Source: Gemmatimonadota bacterium
Lineage (GTDB): Bacteria; Gemmatimonadota; Gemmatimonadetes; Longimicrobiales; RSA9
Direction: 5' to 3'
Assembly (NCBI GenBank): GCA_040905425.1
Contig: JBBDRO010000091.1
Location: 1,963 to 18,978 of the forward strand
Length of the DNA stretch: 17,016 bases
Below the pieces are notes generated by a model. It searched no databases. It was not told where the DNA came from and saw only the letters and a program-made list of their open reading frames with translations. Positions within the stretch are counted from its first letter, which is position 1. Each line of letters opens with the position of its first letter. A program made the position numbers and the translations under genes. Of this stretch, positions 7,259 through 15,144 are shown one piece after another.

Positions 7259-8476
7259 CTAGAAGAAGCGCGCGTCCAGCAGTGTGATCCCCAGCGTGGG
7301 AGCCGATGAGCCGGGTCGCCCGGGCACCTGCTCGCGCAGCACGCGCGGGTAGGGCCGTGGCAGATCCACCGACCACGTGCCCTCGCGCAGCCGCAGGAGC
7401 GCACCACTACCGGCTTCCTGGCCGCCCCCACGCTGAGTGGAGCGGTCATAATCGCGCGTGGAAGCCACGCCATACGCCAGCCCCGCCGCGCTCGTCACCG
7501 CGGGGATGAGAAAGGCCACCCGGGCGTCATCCGGCTGGAGGATCAGGTCCAGCCCCATGCCCCCGAGCAGCCCCACCACACCGGCAATGCTGATGAGCCG
7601 CGAGCGATTCCGGCTGAGTTCCATGCGCGGCGCCGCCAGCGCGGCGGTCACGATGCCGGCGTTGCCGCCCAGGAGGGCCATGGCCAGGACCGTATCCTCG
7701 TGCGGATCCTCGCTGAAGATCTGTGAGGCCGCCGCGCCGTACCAGGTGCCCCACAGCCCCCCGAAACTCACCGCCGACGCGGTGCCCGCCGTGATGGGCA
7801 GGCGGGAGAGCGCCATCCCCGCGGCCGTGCCCAGCACGGTACCGCCCAGCCCCCACGCCATGACCGTGGAGGCGTCGGCATCGTCCTCGTAGCAGAAGCC
7901 CGGGTCGCCCAGTACCGGGTCCGCACAGACTTCGCTCGTGCCCACGTTCAGGGCCGCCCGCCAGCCGAGTGCCTGCCAGGTCCCCCACGTGCCCCCGAAG
8001 GTGATGGCGCGGGCCGCGCCCTCGCTCAGCTCACGGGAACGCGCGTACGCCCGGCTGCCCAGGAAGCCTACGGGTCCACCGATGAGGAGGCCCGCGCCGA
8101 TGGCCTCCGCCGAGGGATTGCTGTCCACTATGTAGGGCACCGTTATGCCGGCCCACAGGCCGAAGAGCGTGCCCCACACGGTGAGCTCCGCCATGCCCGC
8201 GCGGCTGCGCCGCTCCGCGGGCAGCGCCGCCAGATGGGCGCGCGCCATGTCCGCCGCCGGTGTGCCGGCGAAGCGAGCCACCACCATACGGTAGAGGGCG
8301 TCCGCCACGTCCTCGCGGCCCTCCGCCTCGAAGCGCTCCGCCGCGGCCACCAGCACCGCGGCCGAATCGGCCCGGCTCTGGGCCGCCACGGGCCGCGCCG
8401 TGGCACCCGCCACGAGCAGCAGCAGCACGCCCAGGAGCAACCTCCCCGACACGCGCAACGAACCGACATACCGCAT
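7259..8476 (-). CDS. Exported/membrane protein with an N-terminal TPR-like hairpin and repeated Gly/Trp-rich hydrophobic segments
   Basis: Signal peptide (...ARPVAA|QS); TPR-like LYRMVVARFAGTPAADMARAHL; repeats WGTLFGLWAG / FGGTWGTWQALG / FGGLWGTWYGAA; C-terminal Phe; GGAGG RBS upstream. Confidence 0.8.
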   Translation of the reverse strand: MRYVGSLRVSGRLLLGVLLLLVAGATARPVAAQSRADSAAVLVAAAERFEAEGREDVADALYRMVVARFAGTPAADMARAHLAALPAERRSRAGMAELTVWGTLFGLWAGITVPYIVDSNPSAEAIGAGLLIGGPVGFLGSRAYARSRELSEGAARAITFGGTWGTWQALGWRAALNVGTSEVCADPVLGDPGFCYEDDADASTVMAWGLGGTVLGTAAGMALSRLPITAGTASAVSFGGLWGTWYGAAASQIFSEDPHEDTVLAMALLGGNAGIVTAALAAPRMELSRNRSRLISIAGVVGLLGGMGLDLILQPDDARVAFLIPAVTSAAGLAYGVASTRDYDRSTQRGGGQEAGSGALLRLREGTWSVDLPRPYPRVLREQVPGRPGSSAPTLGITLLDARFF

Positions 8477-8508
8477 GGGCCGCCTCCATGGTGTGTGATC
8501 GTCCTGTT

Positions 8509-8551
8509 AAGACAACGCTCCGCGCCCGTGGGATTACACGGGCGCGGAGCG
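8509..8551 (-). terminator. Probable intrinsic terminator downstream of the POT transporter
   Basis: Perfect 15-bp inverted repeat CGCTCCGCGCCCGTG (8516-8530) / CACGGGCGCGGAGCG (8537-8551) with a 6-nt loop, followed on the minus strand by an imperfect U-tract TTGTCTT. Confidence 0.65.
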
Positions 8552-8601
8552 CGAGGGTCCGGTTTCGGGCAGGCCGTCTACCCGGTGAGGCCGAAGCCCT
8601 C

Positions 8602-10359
<1,758 letters not shown>

Positions 10360-10559
10360 GTGGAGAGCCCTTCCGAGGTAGACGTGCGCGGCATCGGCAC
10401 CGCGGAGCCGGGCCGCACGGCTGCGGCGCCGAACTCAGAAGTCCGGCCGAATGTAACGAGTGGCCCCCGGGGACACTAGCAAATTCTTTCCACGTCCCCG
10501 CGCGGCCGTGCCGCGACCCGTTTCGCCATGGTCCTGCCCGACGTGCCACCCCACCCTGT

Positions 10560-11618
10560 ATGCCCGGGCCCGCGGGGAGCGCGGACCGTCGTGCGGAGGA
10601 GGCGCCGCTGTCTGCATTCGACGTCATTCTGGGAGCTAGCCGGGAGGCCGAGGCCATCCGCGCCTTCGGCCGGCGCGCGGCCGAGGTGGACGCGCCGGTG
10701 CTCATCACGGGCGAGACGGGCACGGGCAAGGGCGTGCTGGCCCGGGCCATCCACAGCGCGTCACCGCGCTGCCGGGCGCCGTTCGTGGCGGTCAACTGCG
10801 CGGGCGTGCCCGGGACGCTCTTCGAGAGTGAGTTCTTCGGCCACGAGCGCGGCGCCTTCACGGGTGCCCAGCAGGCGCACCGCGGCCTCCTGGAGCAGGC
10901 CCACCGCGGCACCCTGTTCCTGGACGAGGTGGGTGAGCTCGCGCCCGCGGCGCAAGCCAAGCTGCTGACGGCCCTCGAGGAGGGCGAGTTCCGTCGCGTG
11001 GGCGGCGAGCGGGCGGTGCGCACGGACGTCCGGCTGGTGGCGGCCACGGGCGTGCATCTGGAGCGGGCCGTGGCGCGCGGCGCCTTCCGGCGCGACCTCT
11101 ACCACCGCCTCTTCGTCCTCTCCATCCGGCTGTCCCCGCTCCGTGAACGCCCGGGGGACGTGGCGCTCCTGGCAGGCCACTTCCTGGCCGGATTGCGCAC
11201 GCGCTACGGCCCCCGCGTGCGCCGCGTGGATCCGGGCCTGCTGGACTTCCTGGCGGAGCACCCCTGGCCGGGCAACGTGCGCCAGCTTGCCCACGCGCTG
11301 GAGGCGGCCGTGCTGGCCTGCCCGAACGGTGTGCTGCGGCGGCATCACCTCCCCCACACCATCCTGAACCCGCCCACGTTTCATGAAAGCGACGATGCCG
11401 CGCCACCCTTCGCGCCTCCCGTCACGGGCCCGGCGGGAGGCAACACCCGCGCGCGCTACTCCTTTCCCGGCAGTCCGGCCGAGGAGCGCCAGCGCATCCA
11501 GGAGGCGCTGGCCCGCTGGCGGGGCAATAAGACACGGGCGGCGGCCGACCTGGGCATGGCCCGCAACACGCTGCGCGCCAAGCTGCGCCGCTATGGAATC
11601 GGTGGGGTGAACGCATGA
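10560..11618 (+). CDS. sigma54-dependent enhancer-binding protein (AAA+ plus Fis-type HTH) with no N-terminal regulatory domain
   Basis: Walker A GETGTGK, ESEFFGHERGAFTGA (GAFTGA loop), Walker B LFLDEV, FRRDLYHRL, WPGNVRQL, HTH GNKTRAAADLGMARNTLRAKL. Only about 20 residues precede the AAA+ domain. Confidence 0.95.
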   Translation: MPGPAGSADRRAEEAPLSAFDVILGASREAEAIRAFGRRAAEVDAPVLITGETGTGKGVLARAIHSASPRCRAPFVAVNCAGVPGTLFESEFFGHERGAFTGAQQAHRGLLEQAHRGTLFLDEVGELAPAAQAKLLTALEEGEFRRVGGERAVRTDVRLVAATGVHLERAVARGAFRRDLYHRLFVLSIRLSPLRERPGDVALLAGHFLAGLRTRYGPRVRRVDPGLLDFLAEHPWPGNVRQLAHALEAAVLACPNGVLRRHHLPHTILNPPTFHESDDAAPPFAPPVTGPAGGNTRARYSFPGSPAEERQRIQEALARWRGNKTRAAADLGMARNTLRAKLRRYGIGGVNA

Positions 11619-11771
11619 GCGCCGCGTGACACTGCCGTTCGGGGCCCCGGCCTCGTTGGCTGGCTGCCCGCGGCGCTCGCGTCCGCCCCGGGCGCCGGCA
11701 CCGCTCCGGGGCTGCGTCCGGGCCCGTGTCCCATCCAGCCATGGCGTGCGGGGGGTGGGCGCAGCGGTATT

Positions 11772-11821
11772 TGCCCGGTCGCGCAGTGACCGGGCAGAAG
11801 CGGTCCGAAGTGCGCATTCGG
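11772..11821. promoter_or_regulatory. Two palindromes, candidate upstream activator sequences
   Basis: TGCCCGGTC-N7-GACCGGGCA (11772-11796) and CCGAA-gTGCGCA-TTCGG (11805-11821), about 70-120 bp upstream of a candidate -24/-12 element. Confidence 0.4.
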
Positions 11822-11891
11822 CGACCGGCCCGAACACGCATGGAATGCCCCAGGTGGCGGCCATTCTTGGACTTACGAAAGCCGTGCGGAA

Positions 11892-11907
11892 CGGTCCGCG
11901 GCGTGCT
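11892..11907 (+). promoter_or_regulatory. Candidate sigma54 -24/-12 promoter
   Basis: CGGTCC-GCGGC-GTGCT has the correct GG-N10-GC spacing and a TGCT -12 element, but it is only a partial match to TGGCAC-N5-TTGC. Located downstream of a bEBP gene and upstream of the peptide gene. Confidence 0.35.
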
Positions 11908-12050
11908 TTCCCTCCCCCGTTCCCGGCGCCGAAGGACGGCGCATCGCGGCCGGCCCTGGAGGGAGGTCCGCCGGCGCCGGGTGGGTCCGGACACAAGGTC
12001 CGGACATGCCGCCGGGCAGAGCCCGGCACCACCCGTACGATGGGGGACAC

Positions 12051-12353
12051 ATGCACGCGATCCGTTTCACCCACAGTCCGCGACTGCCACGTCTGGCGGC
12101 CGTGCCCACGCTTCTGCTGCTGCTCGCCGCGCTGTTGCTGCCGCCGCCGCTTGCGGCCCAGGAGGACGATGGCGCGGAGGGGATGGGCACCGAGTACTTC
12201 GAGTGCCGCGAGACAGCGCTCACCCAGTATGACATCTGCACCAACCAGGCGGACGGATGGTTCGCCAAGCTGACGTGCTACGTCGCCTGGGATCTGGACA
12301 ACATCGGCTGCGATCTGGACCTGATCGACAACTTCCTCATTCTGGCGGAGTGA
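12051..12353 (+). CDS. Small secreted Cys-patterned peptide/precursor (100 aa; CX10C-X12-CX10C)
   Basis: GGGGGA RBS then ATG 12051. Sec signal MHAIRFTHSPRLPRLAAVPTLLLLLAALLLPPPLAA, then a 64-aa mature region QEDDGAEGMGTEYFECRETALTQYDICTNQADGWFAKLTCYVAWDLDNIGCDLDLIDNFLILAE. Third codon positions are strongly G/C; the next gene starts 2 nt after the stop. Confidence 0.8.
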   Translation: MHAIRFTHSPRLPRLAAVPTLLLLLAALLLPPPLAAQEDDGAEGMGTEYFECRETALTQYDICTNQADGWFAKLTCYVAWDLDNIGCDLDLIDNFLILAE

Positions 12354-12355
12354 AC

Positions 12356-13459
12356 ATGCCGGCCGCGATGCGTCTTCACCTCGGGCCGCCAGCGCGCATC
12401 GCGCTGGCGGCCGCCCTCCTCCTGCTGGCCGCCGCCGCCCTGCTGGCTCCTCGCCTGCGCAACCCGGCACCGGACGGCGTGCACTACACACCATCATCCG
12501 ACGCCCCACGGCCCGGGCAGGAGCGTCTCCTCCACGGTGTGGTGGACGTCACCGACTTCGAAAGCTGGGGGGATACCCTGGCCATCCTGGACGGCGCCGG
12601 ACACACCGTGGCGGTGTACGGACCGGACGGATCCGACCCGCTCCTCACGTTCGGCACGGAAGGGTCGGGCCCCGGGGAACTGCGGCGGCCCACCTCGCTG
12701 GCCCGGCTGCCGGACGGGCGTCTGGTCGTGGCGGACCTGCCCGCGCTCCACGTGTTCGAGCGGAACGGCGGCCACGTGGAGACGCTCCGGCCGGCGCTGC
12801 CCTGCCTCATGAACGCCGGTCGCATCCGTCGGGACGCCGGGGGGGGTTACCTGTCGGGCAATTGCGCGGGCGGGCCGGGCGCGGGGGATACCCTGTTCGC
12901 CGCCGTGCTCCACAGTCCGGATCTGCGCCGCTGGTCCATCCTCACCCGGGCGCCGCGCATCACCGTGGACGGACGCTGGGGGTCCGTCTACACGCCGATC
13001 GAAGCCTTCGGGGAGGGAGAGGCGCGCCATTTCTTCGGCCTGGGCCTGCGTGACTGCCTGGTAGTCATCGAGGCGGTCACGGGCGGGACGCCCACCACGC
13101 GCGAACAATGCGGCGTGGCGCCGCGGCCGTTCAGCATCCCGGAGCCACCCCGTCGCGGCGCGAATCCCGCCGGGCGCACGCGGGGCCCGGCGTTCGACTG
13201 GCCCGATCCCATGATCCGCTGGCTGATCGTGGCGGCGGTCGACGAGGCGCCGGTGCTGGGGCGTGCCTTCAGCACCGACTCGGTGACGTTCCACGCGGCC
13301 GCCGAGGGTGGCGCCCCGCCCCCCGACCTGCTCGTGGCGGATGGTGACGTGGTCACCTGTCGGCGCGGCCGGTGCCTCTGGCGCACCGCGGAGGCCGAGG
13401 GGGTACGCATTCACATGGCGGATCTGAGCGCGCTCATGGACGCCGCGGAGGGCCGGTGA
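12356..13459 (+). CDS. Exported or membrane-anchored beta-propeller protein (NHL/6-bladed propeller-like)
   Basis: ATG 12356 with GGAG upstream; hydrophobic N-terminal segment IALAAALLLLAAAALLAP; blade motifs GDTLAILDGAGHTVAVYGPDG, TFGTEGSGPGELRRPTSLARLPDGRLVVAD and LHVFERNGGHV. Confidence 0.75.
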   Translation: MPAAMRLHLGPPARIALAAALLLLAAAALLAPRLRNPAPDGVHYTPSSDAPRPGQERLLHGVVDVTDFESWGDTLAILDGAGHTVAVYGPDGSDPLLTFGTEGSGPGELRRPTSLARLPDGRLVVADLPALHVFERNGGHVETLRPALPCLMNAGRIRRDAGGGYLSGNCAGGPGAGDTLFAAVLHSPDLRRWSILTRAPRITVDGRWGSVYTPIEAFGEGEARHFFGLGLRDCLVVIEAVTGGTPTTREQCGVAPRPFSIPEPPRRGANPAGRTRGPAFDWPDPMIRWLIVAAVDEAPVLGRAFSTDSVTFHAAAEGGAPPPDLLVADGDVVTCRRGRCLWRTAEAEGVRIHMADLSALMDAAEGR

Positions 13460-14286
13460 GCGGCGCGGGACGCCAGGTGGAGCGGCCGGCCGGGGCTTCC
13501 GGCGAGCCAGCGGCACGGCGCTCGGGCCACCCCGCGGCGGGGCGCTCGGCCCGTCCATCGGCAGGCGTCTTCGTCCGGGCACTGGTCCGCACACGGGTCG
13601 CGACGCCGGCTTACGCCGCCCAGGTCCTGCTCGCCGCGGGTCTCGGCGCTCTGGCCGGGCACACGGCGGCCGCCGCCAGCCTTGCGGGGGCGGGTACATC
13701 GGCGCTCGTGCGGAACTTTGAGGCGTACACGGCCACGCTGGCCATCCTTGCGGGGGGTCTGGAGGCGCTCATGCGCCTGGCCGCGCCGGCCGCGGCGCAG
13801 TGGCTGCGGCCGCTGTTTGCCCGCCGGCTTGCCCGCGAGGCCTATCCGCTCGGCGTGCTGCTCGGCACCACGCTGGCCTGGGCTTTCCTGTGGACCGCGG
13901 CCGCCGCGGCCTATCGCGTGGGCGGCGGGATCGCGGGCGTCTGGGACCCGGGCGCCGCCCTGGCGCGCCTGCCCGCTGTGTGGGCCAGCGTCCTGGCCGC
14001 CGGCTGCTATGGCGCGGCGAGCGCGGCCCTGGCGCGGTCCCGCCCGGCCGCCCTCGGCCTGGCCGTGGCCTATCCCATGGCGTGCTTTCTTCTCGTCGTG
14101 CGTTGGGTCACGGCACACCCGGACGCCGAGGCGGCGCCCGCACTGCTACGGGCACCCCTGCTCCTCTTCCCACCGCTCCAGGCCCATCCCACGATCGAGT
14201 GGGCGCTTCAGTACGGGGCGTACGGAGCCCTAGTCCTGGCGCTCCTCGTGCTGAGCTCGGACCGTTGGGTTGGGAGGGTGTCATGA
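13456..14286 (+). CDS. Multi-pass membrane protein, probable ABC-2-type permease
   Basis: GTG 13456 overlaps the upstream stop; about 6 Ala/Leu-rich hydrophobic segments; WLRPLFARRLAREAYPLGVLLG resembles the ABC-2 coupling region; ATGA overlap with the ATPase gene. Confidence 0.65.
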   Translation: MSGAGRQVERPAGASGEPAARRSGHPAAGRSARPSAGVFVRALVRTRVATPAYAAQVLLAAGLGALAGHTAAAASLAGAGTSALVRNFEAYTATLAILAGGLEALMRLAAPAAAQWLRPLFARRLAREAYPLGVLLGTTLAWAFLWTAAAAAYRVGGGIAGVWDPGAALARLPAVWASVLAAGCYGAASAALARSRPAALGLAVAYPMACFLLVVRWVTAHPDAEAAPALLRAPLLLFPPLQAHPTIEWALQYGAYGALVLALLVLSSDRWVGRVS

Positions 14287-15047
14287 CGAGCTCGCCGGCC
14301 GTGGAGATCCGTCTGGGGGCCCTGCGGCGCGGGCGCGTGCGGCGGCCGGTGGTGGAGGGGTGGAGCACACGGCTGCCCGCCCCCTCCACGTGCGGGCTGG
14401 TGGGCCTGAACGGCGCGGGCAAGTCCTCGCTGATGCTGGCGCTCGCCGGTGCGCTCCGGCGGCGCGCGGCGAACCCGGAGGTGATCCGGCACGACGCGGA
14501 TGGCACCACCACCCGGGCCAGCCTGGCTTTCGCCCCCCAGACGGCGGTCCTGCCGGCCGGCATGACCGTGGAGGAGATCTGTGCGCTCCACGGCCTGCCC
14601 GCGGACACGCTCATCGCGCGCTACCCCGGACTGCTGCTGGACGAACTCGCCGGGGCGCGAGCCGAGACCCTTTCAGGCGGGCAGGCCCAGGCGCTCTCGG
14701 TCGCGCTGGCGCTCGGCGCCCGCGCCGACCTCACGCTCCTGGACGAACCGCTGGCCGCGCTCGACGTGCGCCGTCGGCGCGGGCTGCTGGACGCGTTGCG
14801 GGACCGGCGCGGCGGCCCGGCAGGCGGCGTGGTGCTGCTGTCCTCCCAGGTGGCCGCGGACCTGCACGAGGCGTGTGACCGGATGGTGGTGCTGGCCGGC
14901 GGTCGTATGGTCTTCGACGGCCCCACTGCCGCACTCACCACGGAGGAGGGATCCACGGTTGGGGGGCCCGCGGGGGCCGCCCGCCTGGAAGCCCGCCTGC
15001 TCGCGCTCGCTGGTGGGCCCGTGGAGCCGCCGCCACCGCAACGCTGA
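14283..15047 (+). CDS. ABC transporter ATP-binding protein
   Basis: Walker A GLNGAGKS, Q-loop FAPQ, signature LSGGQ, Walker B/D-loop LLDEPLAALD; the switch region reads SSQ instead of S[ST]H. Confidence 0.9.
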   Translation: MTSSPAVEIRLGALRRGRVRRPVVEGWSTRLPAPSTCGLVGLNGAGKSSLMLALAGALRRRAANPEVIRHDADGTTTRASLAFAPQTAVLPAGMTVEEICALHGLPADTLIARYPGLLLDELAGARAETLSGGQAQALSVALALGARADLTLLDEPLAALDVRRRRGLLDALRDRRGGPAGGVVLLSSQVAADLHEACDRMVVLAGGRMVFDGPTAALTTEEGSTVGGPAGAARLEARLLALAGGPVEPPPPQR

Positions 15048-15144
15048 GTCCGCCACCCGGTTCCCATGGCACCCGCGCCGGCGTACTTTCCGCTGCGCGC
15101 GCGGCCGATGCGCGGCCGCGCCGCACCGCCTGCACATGGGCATC

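Noticed and set aside
10477..10494. sigma54 promoter for the POT gene (TGGAAAGAATTTGCT on the minus strand)
   Set aside because: GG-to-GC spacing is 9 nt rather than the required 10.
11626..12273. Coding ORFs in the bEBP-peptide intergenic region (11626-12273, 11726-12232, 11422-11994)
   Set aside because: Low-complexity R/P/G/A translations with no motifs, overlapping better-supported genes; treated as non-coding regulatory DNA.
12051..12353. Classical lanthipeptide, sactipeptide, ranthipeptide or double-glycine bacteriocin precursor
   Set aside because: It has a Sec-type signal rather than a RiPP leader, and no LanB/C/M, radical SAM, YcaO, MNIO or C39-peptidase transporter gene lies in the window.
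15099..15121. GC hairpin GCGCGGCCG-N5-CGGCCGCGC between the ABC ATPase and aspA as a terminator
   Set aside because: No U-tract, and all-GC stems of this length are expected by chance at this composition.
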